Assembly (NCBI GenBank): GCA_051530055.1
Contig: CM121342.1
Span: forward strand, 12,911,480 to 12,975,479
Direction of reading: 5' to 3'
Source: Neoechinorhynchus agilis
Taxonomy: Eukaryota; Animalia; Acanthocephala
DNA: 64,000 nucleotides
How positions within the stretch are numbered: the first letter of the stretch is position 1; the number at the start of each line of letters is the position of its first letter. The notes beneath the pieces were generated by a model. That model did no database searches. It saw nothing but the letters and a program-made list of their open reading frames with translations, and was not told the origin of the DNA. Of the stretch, positions 13,812 to 26,029 are shown in pieces. Position numbers and translations under genes: made by a program.

Positions 13812-14334
13812 TCAAATTTAGCCCAGATGATTTTAAAGGAAATTCCGATCCATTTGTATGATTCTTTCTCATCTACTCTTCGATTCTTCCTAACTTCCTG
13901 ATGGCATAATTTTTTGAGCCCAGATTTATAAATAGGGTTGCTCTTCAGCCGTCCAAATAAACGATTTTATCAGTTGTGCTTAAGCGCAGTGAGGAAGTTG
14001 TTTGGAATTTTCTAGGCGTTAATAATGATCAGATTGCTGGTCGAATTAGAGATGTGGTGTGCTTCTTCGATCAGTTTGAACTTTAAGATCAAGTTCGAAA
14101 CCCAACGCGGGTCACCGGAAGTCCGTAAAACTCAGTCGTAATATTATTTTGCCACGCCGATATAAATTTCTCTTAGCTTCCATGATAGTTTGGGGATGTT
14201 CATCCTCTCCATTGTGAAGACATTTCAAGACAATTTCATTACAAATTCAAGTGTCACTCAAGTGGAATCTTATCTCAAAGAGAATATTTCCTAAGTATAA
14301 TAATTTAGAAACTCACATCTTAGCTCTTGCTTAT

Positions 14335-14615
14335 CCACAAATATTATTTTTTCATTTTGCAATCACACCCTCAATTCTTAATGGAATTATTTGATTTTTC
14401 ATTCGGTTTTGCGGCCGCTCTAGATCGAATTTTAATTCCGTCCATTCTTTTCAGATTAAAACACTCGCTTAAAATACTTCTCCACCGATATTATTTTTTC
14501 ATTTTGCAGTCACACCTCAATTCTTAATCGATTTATTTGATTTTTAGTTCGGTTTTGCGGTCGCTATCAATCGAATTTTTATTCCGTCCATGCTTTTCGG
14601 TTTTAAAGAACGCCA
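14335..14615. repeat. Two tandem ~148-bp direct repeats
   Basis: atattattttttcattttgca.tcacac...ccgtccat occurs at ~14341 and ~14489. Confidence 0.85.
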
Positions 14616-14981
14616 AGTTGGCACTACACTGGGACGAAATCGTCATTTAGGGGATCAAATTGCTTTACACATCATAAATAACACAGGCTTATTCTTTACG
14701 AATTCGCTAATGATTCGCCTTTTTTCAATATTTAAGTTTCATTATTTCTAAGAAACAAGATGACGAACTTCGGATGGCACAATTCCCGTAAGACTCATTC
14801 TGATTCACCAGGAATGACACACTCAAAATGTTTCCTGATTGTGCGATAGGAGACACACTGAATGTGTTCCGTGAGTTCAACCCACCGATTCTCGCTCTGT
14901 CGCTATGATGTTTCAAGCCATTATTTTCCCCACCCGCCATCTCGTAGATTACCAATTTAAAATCACATTCGTATTTTTTAA

Positions 14982-16137
14982 ATGTCATCAATAAACGATC
15001 TTCCCTGTGCCAAAATCAGTAAGTAGACAACAAGAAGTGATGTTATAATTAATGTCAAAATAGATCATTGTGAATGCGAGACTCGTTTGGATGGTAAGAC
15101 CGTTGTTATCACTGGAGCAAATGTAGGAATTGGATTCGAGACTGCGAGGTCGCTTGCAGCGAGAGGTATTCACTTACACTATCGGTCCCATCAGAACTCA
15201 GTATTCCTTCGCACGCAGGATGCAAACTGATAATGGCCTGCCGAAACGAAGAAAAGGCATCCAAAGCTCTAGATGAGTTAAAAAATGAGTTTCCAAATGC
15301 GGATCTGAGTTACAAAATAATGGACTTGAATTCGCTTCAATCTGTGAAAACGTGTGGAGAAGAAATATCAAAAGAGAACGAAAAAATCGATATTCTGATC
15401 AATAATGCTGGTACCAAGTATATCATCAATGCTCCTCTAAATTAATTGCGTATTTCAGGCATTATAACATCTCCTACATTAACAGACGACGGCTTCGACA
15501 TTCATTTCCAAGCCAATCACCTTGGACACTTTTTGTTTACCAATCTTCTTCTTGAGAAGATTAAGAAATCACAGCAAGGACGAGTGATTAACGTTTCATC
15601 AATTGCGCATAGAAGTGAGTTGTTCATCAGACGACACAGTCACAAACGTTAACTGTAGTTGGTGTTGCTGACTGGAGCCACATGAAACAAGTGAAAAATA
15701 ACTCATGGTTTGGTTATGGCAATGCAAAACTCTACAACATATTGTTCACTAAAGGACTAGCCAAGAGATTGGAAGGAACTAAAGCTACTGCAAACTGTCT
15801 TCATCCTGGTAGCGTTAAGTCAAATTTTGCTTTTGAACTACAGAGCAAATCACTATTCTGGGATATAATATCTCTATTTATCCGTCCTATTATGAATCCT
15901 TTTTTGAAGAATTCACAAGAGGGAGCTCAGACATCCATTCATCTTGCTCTTTGTCCTCAACTCGAAAATGTAACTGGGAAGTACTTCAGTGATTGCAAAG
16001 AAGTCAATCCAAGCCAAGCAGCTAGTAACGAAGAAGATATGGAAACTCTTTGGGAAAAATCGATGGAATTTTGCGGATTGGTACCAGGAAAGGAAGACGA
16101 TCCGGTAAAAGATGAGAAACCTACAATCGAATTGTGA
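14982..16137 (+). CDS. Short-chain dehydrogenase/reductase, retinol dehydrogenase 11-14-like, 5 exons
   Basis: [40 protein letters not shown] (YxxxK) and NCLHPG, joined by four short GT-AG introns. Confidence 0.93.
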
Positions 16138-16334
16138 TCTTTTGTTTCTCAAAAAATACACAGAACGGAACACGGCGGCACACGAGAATAAAGAAGATTT
16201 TTAACTGCTTTTATCGATCTTTGCATAATTTACGCACCATAAATGTGATAAAGAGAAAATGCTGTTTATTCGACACCGACCGATTTACGCTTAAGTTCTT
16301 AACATTCTTATGAGTCGCTTAGTCGGTAATCTTT

Positions 16335-16805
16335 TGATTGATATGTATAAGATTATTCTTTTTACCATACACGGCTGAATTATGACCGATTTTGGTCTGG
16401 GAAGCGCTGGTCTGTGCTTAATGCCCATGACCGTACGGTTATTGGTTTGTAAGAATCAATCGGGATTCTCAGATACCTCCCGAGGAGGCGGGACTCATCA
16501 GTGAGTTTCCTTTTCCCTTCAACGAGGTATTTCGTCCCCTTTGGTTGTGGGCCATCGGCGGTAACGGATTCAAACCCGTTAACCCTTCCTCGGCTTATAG
16601 TTTTCCTTCTTGGCGGGAGGAAACCAGCTCATCAGCCCCGCCTCCTCGGGAGGTATCTGAGAATCCGGAGCGATGTAAACACTTATAAAACGTACGGTCT
16701 TGGGGAGTAAGTGCAGACCAGCGCTCCCCAGACCGAAATCGGTGCACTGGATGTCCACAATTCAGCCGTGTATGGTAAAAAGAATAATCTTATACATATC
16801 AATTA
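16335..16805. mobile_element. ~470-bp fold-back/MITE-like element with ~190-bp inverted arms
   Basis: The left end ttgatatgtataagattattctttttaccatacacggctgaatt is the exact reverse complement of the right end. Pairing continues inward to ctcagatacctcccgaggaggcggg. No clear TSD. Confidence 0.85.
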
Positions 16806-16814
16806 TAAGTTCTT

Positions 16815-16932
16815 GTTTATGGCGTAAAAATTAAAGGAATTTATTAAATTCGATATTTCGGCACAATATCGTGTCTTTTTATCGAGTGCTATCGTATTTA
16901 ATAAATTCCTTTAATTTTTACGTCATAAACAA
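16815..16932. mobile_element. Small fold-back element with a hammerhead half-relic; related arm at ~27786-27840
   Basis: tgtttatggcgtaaaaattaaaggaatttattaaat and atttaataaattcctttaatttttacgtcataaaca are inverted repeats. The minus strand has GACAC-gatatt-GTGCC-GAAA-TA-TC but the CUGANGA is degraded. Confidence 0.7.
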
Positions 16933-17124
16933 GCATGAATAGTTCAATCTTCAAACAAAGCTATAAGTGCGTATTTATTATAGTCATTTTTTAATCTCCT
17001 TCGTAGCATCCAATCCACATTCATTTGCTAGGATTAGGTTTTACCTAAATTAGATATTCCAGCGGAGAAAAATATTCTTTCCATTACTTAAAAATCAACT
17101 TTATTCGTATTTTAAAATAGCTTT

Positions 17125-18995
17125 CTACACGTTTCGTTCATCCGGGCGTAGATATCGTTCCCCAACATAATTGAAAAGGTCCTTTTCGGATCTTACGGAC
17201 AGTTTCTCTCCCGGTACACCTATAAAACAATCTAATCGTTTAAATTTTGACAAACTTCAGTCTTGCCGGTTGAACCAATTCGTCTTATGCAATATTCATT
17301 AAGAGTAAATCCTTTTTCCAAACATTTTACTCGGAATCGTTTGTTGAAGTTTGCACTTCCAGTAAAGTAAAATACAGCACAGAAGTATTCATCTGCTGGA
17401 AACAGCCTGGAGTAACTATGGTTAGATGCAAACGACCGTTTTTGCTCGCCTTATATCGATTCTTCGATGAATATGTTGGTTACTAAGACGACAAACACCC
17501 TATAAGGACGAATATACAGGAAACAAAAGCTCGGCGTAAAATGTAACCATGAATTTTGTTTCTCCAAGGGCCATTGTATCTGTCAGGAAATTCGTTGATA
17601 ATAGGTGCTCTATGGCTAATTGAAAGAGTCCAGGACACAAGTGGTCACTTGTGGAGTATGACGGATGGGTCAGCAAAATGTCTAGGTCTCTGCTCGATGC
17701 CATACCTTTTTTCGCAAAAGACGGAGAATCGTCAATAACACTTGAAATTAAGAAGACCAACCTCGTCTGTAACTTCCGACTGATTCTACCTTGTATCTGT
17801 TATCAAACTCATGAATGGACCTTCTTATGAATTCCGATAAACTTGTCATTTCTGTACGAGGAATCCTCTGCATGAATTCCTCATAATATCTAATTTTTAA
17901 ATCAAATTGTCAGAGAAATAACGTCAATCATTTTGGCAATTGTAAAGTGACATATTTATCTCGACGTTAAGGTTAAAAAATTGTCGGCATTGTTCCATGG
18001 AATGAGCGAAATTGTGGTTTGACTGAATACAAAAGAGTTTCCCAACTCGCACTACTCTAAAGTAGCAAAACCATTTGCAAAAAACAACAACTATCAATAT
18101 TTGACAATCAACCAATCGTGGAATTAAATTATAAGTGGAAAAAACGGTAGTATCCTCCTGCTCAAGAATATATGCTCACTGATCACAATTTTCATCCTGG
18201 TCTGCGCAGTAAACTGCGTTTTAAATCTGCTACAAGGGAATAAAATTAAACACGACGATTTGTTCGTGCGAATTGACTAACTTATGCGATGAATCCATGT
18301 TGAACCCTAACGAAAACGATTGCTCGCTTTCGTTCAGATTCAAAACTACAAGAGTAACTCGCCAGTGAAAGAGCTTACTTCAAACCTATTTGTTGATGAT
18401 GTGTAAGATTTGACTTAATCGCTTGAAGGTCCTCGATGCTGCGTACTCCATCGTCGTATAATTTACGAGCCGTAGATGGACTACGTGAATTGTTTTTGAA
18501 CACAGATGAACAACACAGTACGTACCCGATTCCAGAGACACTGGAAAGTTTTTCTATTATATGTGCTTTCTCATCATTATGGACCTTTCAATGACAAGAT
18601 GATCTTTGCAATAATTAGCACATCTACTCACCTCAATGTACTTGTTGATTTCTCCCTTGCTCAAAAATTCACCGATTTTTTCAGCTATTCGCGCTCCAAC
18701 TCCTTCCTTAAAAGCACCAATCGAAATACGAAGCCGCGGCAATTTTAATCGAACCAATTTACGGGCTTCCTCAACACTTGTAATGCATTTCGTGTATTGC
18801 CGAACCGATTCTGCTGCCTTTCGGTAGGCATTGTACTTGAACCGCTGCTTGTTCACATTCAATTCGTATTCACCAATCTCTAACATTACGTATTGGTATT
18901 CAAACTGATTTTATGGGAACACCCTGACCTATCAACATGTCCACTATCTCTTGATTGTCGCACTTTTCATCGGATTCGTTGTTTTTTGAGGGCAT
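17125..18995 (-). CDS. POLB: DNA polymerase beta, multi-exon, full length
   Basis: Spliced exons give [94 protein letters not shown]. The catalytic Asp residues are intact. Confidence 0.95.
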
Positions 18996-19474
18996 TAAAA
19001 ATCTTAAAACTGTCTGAACGCTTATCTTATATGCATCAACAACAGCTTTGGACTACGGTTTTCTTTATTGAAGTCTTAAAAGGCTATGAATTCAAACTAA
19101 GAACGGGTGCGATGGACGCAGTTCACCTTTGAGCGTAACCTATTGATCTTCTTTAGAGCTACAATCATATTTATCCTTTTAAGTCTTAGAATAAAACGAA
19201 CTAATCACATTAATGAAAATCAATTATTTTCGCTACCCTTCTCGAATAGACACGAGCGAAATCCTAACAAAAAATTTACTCGTAAAAACCACTAAGAAAA
19301 TATTCTACGCACTATTATTTAGGTCGCTTGTTGACACCGGTGGAGATCGTTAAAGACGAGTGAATATTTCGACTGCGCTAGTAGTTTAGTAGCTAACAAT
19401 TGAATTTAAAGATATTGTACATAAGATAATTTAAAGATTGGTGAATTTATTAAAATTAAATTAAATTGTCAATT

Positions 19475-19518
19475 GAATTCGAATTTTCGACCCTTTCGTG
19501 GGTCTTCGTCAGGATATC
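19475..19518 (-). ncRNA. Hammerhead ribozyme motif of the Penelope terminus (intact core); mirror copy at 21873-21916 on + has C3>T
   Basis: gatatc-CTGACGA-A-GACCC-acgaaa-GGGTC-GAAA-AT-TC-GAATTC. Stem I is only partly paired. Confidence 0.72.
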
Positions 19519-19942
19519 TAAAACAAGGAGAGGTTAGGTAATCCCAGTCCGCAATTTCAACTGGTAATCAGCTTTGTTGCCTTCCATCGTGTCGCGATCG
19601 TGAATGTGTATCGATTCGACGATAATACGCGAATATCGATCGTCACTACGCATCAAGATTTTGACATCGTCAAAATTGATGGAATGTCCTGTCATATTGA
19701 CGTGATTGACAATCGCTGAATTTCCATCACATCGCTTCAGTGCATATTTATGCTCATAGATTCTGCGTGGAAGATTGTTAGTTTGTCCAATATAGGACTT
19801 ACTACAATCCCCACAAGGCATATCGTAGACAACACCATGCGGTGGGTCACCTCATGCAGAACCTATGAGGGCACTGAGAGTTTTTGTTTTGTCGTATAAG
19901 TAACTGCCTTCATGTTTTTGTTACCATATCCATTAACGATAC

Positions 19943-20264
19943 TTCTTTATTTATTTATGGAAGGAGCTTACAAGTTTGTCTCGATACACGCATGGTTATG
20001 TTCTTCATATTTTAGTTGATTGGTATTTTCGACATCTTCCTTTTTCGGCTTGACTTTATCATTCACTTTCACACAACGGAGGCGCTAAGCCGCACTTCAA
20101 GGAGCAAGGCCAACCCTCTTTTTTTGGGGCCGATGGGCGATCTCAAAACCTGACCCCACCCCTTCCAGCAGCCTTGCACACCCGTGGAACCCAGCGACCG
20201 GTGGCGTTGAACCTTCGGCATAACAAGCGCATTGAGAACGCGCACACCAAACGGCCACTGGGCC
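19943..20264 (-). mobile_element. tRNA-derived SINE, copy 2, with 13-bp target-site duplication
   Basis: ccattaacgatac is duplicated at 19930-19942 and 20265-20277, and the empty site is present once in the mirror arm (~21449-21461). It has a Pol III-box head and an (ATAA)n-like tail. Confidence 0.88.
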
Positions 20265-22439
20265 CCATTAACGATACGGTTATTTAATTTTCCGTTCCAA
20301 ATGCCATTCACAAATGGAATGTTTATATAGCGTTTGTCCTCCAATTTTTGGGGTTGAGTTTTTTTCCAAATGCTCATGCCTCGAATGTAACGTGTGATAT
20401 ATTTATACGGGTAGCCTCTTTTTTAAAAAGAATTTTCAAAAAATCAATTTCTGATTTCAAACAATATTGATCAGAACAGTAATTGTAGGCCCTACGAAAT
20501 AGTGCGGCCATTCTGCTAATTTTGTATTTTATTGGCTGAGCAAATATCCATGGAACAGGCTGATTGGGGATACCAGGTTTTCGAAAAACCTTCGTATTAA
20601 AAACATTAGTTCGCTCAACAGAAATGTATCATCAACATATCGTAGCCATAATTTTATAAATGTGAAATTACATACATTGGCATCTTCCCAGTGCGCATGT
20701 AGATTTCTGCCAGAATTGGGACGATAGGACTACCCATGACTAATCCATTAACCTGATTGTAATGTGCACCATTGTACTGAAATTATTTTCCTTCGTACAG
20801 AAAGTTAAAAGCTTCCTCATATCTGATACAGTAAGATTCCAGCTTTCATTATTTTCCAAGAGGAAAGGGATAGCCAAATCGATGGCTTTCTCGACCGGAA
20901 TTTGCGGTCCATTGCTAATATGCTAAAAAGGATTATACCTCACAGTAATAGAGTTGTTGCATCCGGGATTGAGTTTCTTGAAGTCCTTCGGGACAGCTCT
21001 ATTGCCGAAGAGTCAATCTGTGACATTTTAAACCGTCCAGATTCTTCGATTCAGTGGAGTGTCGATGTGGAGGAATGTCAATCACCTCCTTTCCTAGATG
21101 TCCTGGTTGAGCGAACTAAGGTTTTTAATACGAAGGTTTTTCGAAAACCTGGTATCCCCGATCAGCCTGTTCCATGGATATCTGCCCAGCCAATAAAATA
21201 CAAAATTAGCAAAATGGCCGCGCTATTTCGTAGGACCTACAATTACTGTTCTGATCAATATTGTTTGAAATCGGAAATTGATTTTTTGAAAATTCTTTTT
21301 AAAAAAAGAGGCTACAAGTATAAATATATCACACGTTACACTCGAGGCATGAGCATTTGGAAAAAGACTCAACCTCAAAAATTGGAGGACAAACGGTATA
21401 TAAACATTCCATTTGTGAATGGCATTTGGAACGGAAAATTAAATAACCGTATCGTTAATGGATATGGTAACAAAAACATGAAGGCAGTTACTTATACGAC
21501 AAAACAAAAACTCTCAGTGCCCTCATAGGTTCTGCATGAGGTGACCCACCGCATGGTGTTGTCTACGATATGCCTTGTGGGGATTGTAGTAAGTCCTATA
21601 TTAGACAAACTAACAATCTTCCACGCAGAATCTATGAGCATAAATATGCACTGAAGCGATGTGATGGAAATTCAGCGATTGTCAATCACGTCAATACGAC
21701 AGGACATTCCATCAATTTTGACGATGTCAAAATCTTGATGCGTAGTGACGATCGATATTCGCGTGTTATCGTCGAATCGATACACATTCACGATCGCGAC
21801 ACGATGGAAGGCAACAAAGCTGATTACCAGTTGAAATTGCGGACTGGGATTACCTAACCTCTCCTTGTTTTAGATATCTTGACGAAGACCCACGAAAGGG
21901 TCGAAAATTCGAATTCAATTGACAATTTAATTTAATTTTAATAAATTCACCAATCTTTAAAGTTCAAAAAAGAAAACTCGAAAAGAGGTATTGTGCACGA
22001 GTTGAAAGACGGCGCATGGAAAATCTACGCCCAGCACCCTGCTATATTTTTTAAACTTCAGCGATTATAAGTAGGGATCAGCTTTGAGTTTTATTAAAAG
22101 TCGCTTTCGAGGAACCTAAGAGTTATTTCTAGCAATCATCACTGATTTGACCCGTCGTGTTAGCAACTATCTATGCATTGTAATGGTGAATAAGAATAAA
22201 TCATTATCATAGACCAAAGAATGAACAAATTTGTGTTTCCGAAAGCCTTTCATTTCCAAAATTCTTGACGACATCTTTATGGTAAATGGAATTTAAAAAT
22301 TGAACAAGTCACATTTTCATGAGTAAGATAAAGCGTCTTCACTCTCTTCCTGTGTCATTGGTATCAACTGTTGAATTAATCTCCTAAGGGATTATTGTAA
22401 TTTTAAGCGAGTGATATATTCCCAATTTCACTATTCTTA

Positions 22440-23620
22440 GAAGTAACATTTTTGATCCACGAGGAAATATCGCTGACATTACTTTCCAACATTGCCAAAT
22501 TATCCGATCTTATTTCAATCGCACATCAAGGATGGATCCACGTTTGCGATTGAGATCAGGAAAATTAACGTTAAGCACTACAAAATGTTTACGGCCGATG
22601 TTAATGCTCTTTTCACCAATGTCCCGTTGACCAAAACGATCGAACTATCGGTTGATTTACTATCGAAGAATTGAAGTAAACCACGTTTGGACCCTAGTAC
22701 GTGGCAGTCCCTTATTCAATGGTGCACGAGTATGACTGCCTTTGAATTCGAGGGTTCTTTTTACGATTAAAAAGATGGTGTAGCCATGGAATCTCCACTA
22801 GCTCCGACCTTGTGCGACATTTACATGCGGGATTGGGAGTCCACTTTCTTGGAGCTTCAGAGTTATGTAAATCGATGGTGGCGTTATGTAGACGATGCAT
22901 TCATTCTGACGGATTCAAACCACAACAGAAATTCACTAAATGGTGAACTTAACAGTTAAGATTCACACATACAGTGGACAGTCAAAGAAGAGAACATCAA
23001 CGGTGCGGTCTCTTTCCTGCACGCCCTGGTCAAGCGGTCGGCACAAGGCAAAGTTAGCACGTCACTTTATCGTAAGGAGAACCTGCCATGGGGACAACCA
23101 CACTGGTCAACTCAAAAACCGATGAGGTATAAAATCTCGGCTGCCATGTCCTATTTCCGAAGAGCTTCTCTTATCTCATCTACTCCATTTGTATGGAATA
23201 GGGAAAGGGAGAGGACAGTACAGGATACCGAAGAATCAGAGACAGTAACTATCATACGCAAAACAACAAAAAATGTCTCCAGAGCCTTCATGCTTCGAAA
23301 TAGTGCACTTCATTGATGAAGACACGAATCAAATGATTTACTCCATTATGAGTTAAGAAGGCTGGAATTCGTCTATACAATACTAAAGGAATCGCTCTCA
23401 GAAGCACATTCAAGAGGAAGGGTAGAATTGAGCCGACTCGTGGGATATATAGAATTCATTGTGAACAGTGTGAGGACGTCTATATATCGGACAAACGATA
23501 CAAGGCATTGAGAAGAGTGTCGCTCAACATAAGCAAGTCTGCAGTCGATTTTAGCATTCGTCGGCAATCCCTAATCATCAAGAGAAATGTAAGCATCGAG
23601 CGGATTTTGGTGGCACCAAC
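22440..23620 (+). mobile_element. Degenerate Penelope-like element related to the 9.3-10.7 kb copy
   Basis: MFTADVNALFTNVPL, WRYVDDAF, QWTV and MRYKISAAMSYFRRA, plus a GIY-YIG remnant, with frameshifts. Confidence 0.85.
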
Positions 23621-23689
23621 TTACCACAGTGGCGTTCTACTTTCAATGTATTTTAAACAATTATTCGACGTTAAATAAAACGTCTTTAA

Positions 23690-23990
23690 TCACAACTTAA
23701 GATATTTTCTTGCCCATCGCTTTAAACTCTCCAGGTGCGGCAATTATTTGAAATCTTATGATCTCAGAGACAATCAATTATCGGTTTTTATGAATTTCGT
23801 TGCATTGAGCGAAATATAATTGATTCTTACATACAAAAATAATCATGAACGGTCATTGGACCGACACTTTGCCGTGAGGATCAATCATGCCGCTTCAAGG
23901 ACGTTGAAATAAATTTCGACGGTAATTTGCTCATGCAAATTGACACCAATGGTTAAAGGTCAAGAGAAGGAGACCAGGCAAAGATAAATG
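23690..23990 (-). mobile_element. Possible Tc1/mariner (DDE_3) transposase relic
   Basis: Broken minus-strand frames EIYFNVLE...NDRS*LFL and RS*DFK*LPHL resemble YINILE...WIFQQD and SPDLNPIEHLW. Heavily decayed. Confidence 0.3.
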
Positions 23991-24047
23991 TGTGAGTTGT
24001 TGGTAACTTGGAATAAATTTCGATTTCATGTGATTTTCATTTGATTG

Positions 24048-25787
24048 TGCACTATCTGTAATTTCTGGAAAAACTTCTAGGAATTCTGTAGCTTTATCTC
24101 CGGTTGTCTAACAATTTCGTCTCTTGTTCAGTTTTCGGGCTTTTTAAAACTTTCCTTAAATTCTGAAGATTAAACTTACAGTGACTCCGATTTCTCCCTT
24201 TGTTCGGCTTTAGCAATATCTGTAATTTCTGACAAATCTTTTTGGAATTCTGTGGCTATAGCTCCGGTTGTCTAACAATTTCAGCTCTTGTTCAGTTTTC
24301 GCACTTTTTATAACTTCCCTTAAATTCTGCAGATTAAAATTCGATTGTCTCCGATTTCTCCCTTTGTTCGGTTTTAGCACTATCTGTAATTTCTGGAAAA
24401 TTTTAGGAATTCTGTAGCTTTAGCTCAGGTTGTCTAACAATTTCGTCTCTTGTTCAGTTTTCGCACTTTTAACAACTTCCTTTAAATTCTCAGGATTAAA
24501 CTTCGATTGACTCCAATTTCTCCCTTTGTTCGGTTTTAGCATTATCTGTAATTTCTGGAAAAACTTTAGGAATTCTGAAGCTTTAGCTCCGGTTGTCTAA
24601 AAATTTCGTCTCTTGTTCAGTTTTCGACCTTTTTACAACTTCCTTTAAATTCTGAAGATTAAACTTCGGTTGATTCCAATTTCTCCCTTTGTTCGGTTTT
24701 AGCACTATCTGTAATTTCCGGAAAAACTACTAGCAATTCTGTAGCTTTAGCTTCGGTTGTCTCACAATTTCGTCTCTTATTCAGTTTTCGCGCTTTTTAT
24801 AACTTTCCTTAAATTCTGAAGATTAAACTTACAGTGACTCCGATTTCTCCCTTTGTTCGGCTTTAGCAATATCTGTAATTTCTGACAAATCTTTTTGGAA
24901 TTCTGTGGCTATAGCTCCGGTTGTCTAACAATTTCGGCTCTTGTTCAGTTTTCGCACTTTTTATAACTTCCTTTAAATTCTGAAGATTAAACTTCGGTTG
25001 TCTCCGATTTCTCCCTTTGTTCGGTCTTAGCACTATCTGTAATTTCTGGAAAATTTTAGGAATTCTGTAGCTTTAGCTCAGGTTGTCTAACAATTTCGTC
25101 TCTTGTTCAGTTTTCGCACTTTTAACAACTTCCTTTAAATTCTCAGGATTAAACTTCGATTGACTCCAATTTCTCCCTTTGTTCGGTTTTAGCATTATCT
25201 GTAATTTCTGGAAAAACTTTAGGAATTCTGAAGCTTTAGCTCCGGTTGTCTAAAAATTTCGTCTCTTGTTCAGTTTTCGACCTTTTTACAACTTCCTTTA
25301 AATTCTGAAGATTAAACTTCGGTTGATTCCAATTTCTCCCTTTGTTCGGTTTTAGCACTATCTGTAATTTCCGGAAAAACTACTAGCAATTCTGTAGCTT
25401 TAGCTTCGGTTGTCTCACAATTTCGTCTCTTATTCAGTTTTCGCGCTTTTTATAACTTCCCTTAAATTCTCAGGATTAAACTTCGATTGACTCCGATTTC
25501 TCCCTTTGTTCGGTTTTAGCATTATCTGTAATTTCTGAAAAATCTTTTGGAATTCTGAAGCTTTAGCTCCGGTTGTCTAAAAATTTCGTCTCTTGTTCAG
25601 TTTTCGACCTTTTTACAACTTCCTTTAAATTCTGAAGATTAAACTTCGGTTGATTCCAATTTCTCCCTTTGTTCGGTTTTAGCACTATCTGTAATTTCCG
25701 GAAAAACTACTAGCAATTCTGTAGCTTTAGCTCCGGTTGTCTAACAATTTCGTCTCTTGTTCAGTTTTCGCGCTTTTTATAACTTCC
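24048..25787. repeat. Tandem satellite, ~163-bp monomer, ~10.7 copies, with a 653-bp higher-order repeat
   Basis: tatctgtaatttc recurs at 24053, 24217, 24381, 24543, 24706, 24870, 25034, 25196, 25359, 25523 and 25686. Confidence 0.97.
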
Positions 25788-26029
25788 GAGAAAGTATTCA
25801 AACAGGTTTCAAGTAAATAAATTCATTGTTGATTTCCAAGTGCGATTTTCAGACATTGGCCTATTGCCGTCGGATTCATGGAACGTTCGTCGATGGAGAT
25901 TGTTTAAACGTCCTATTTTTCAAAACAAGAAAATAAATAAGTGATTTTTTTGGTTGATAGAATCGTTATGTAGACGCTCAATAAATGATAAAACAAATAT
26001 TTATGAACTGTATTATGCGGACCATGCAC

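Larger units (their letters stand above)
19432..21961. mobile_element. Penelope-like element in head-to-head fold-back arrangement
   Basis: Identical GIY-YIG-type ORFs (CGDCSKSYI.QT..R..EH) lie on - (19534-19821) and + (21570-21857). 19432-20615 mirrors ~21108-21961, and both arms carry RT pieces. Confidence 0.93.

Noticed and set aside
16480-16645. CTGATGA motifs in the 470-bp fold-back as hammerheads
   Set aside because: No stem II closed by GAAA follows either motif.
24048-25787. CRISPR-like array
   Set aside because: The whole unit repeats with no unique spacers, the context is eukaryotic and there are no cas genes. It is a satellite.
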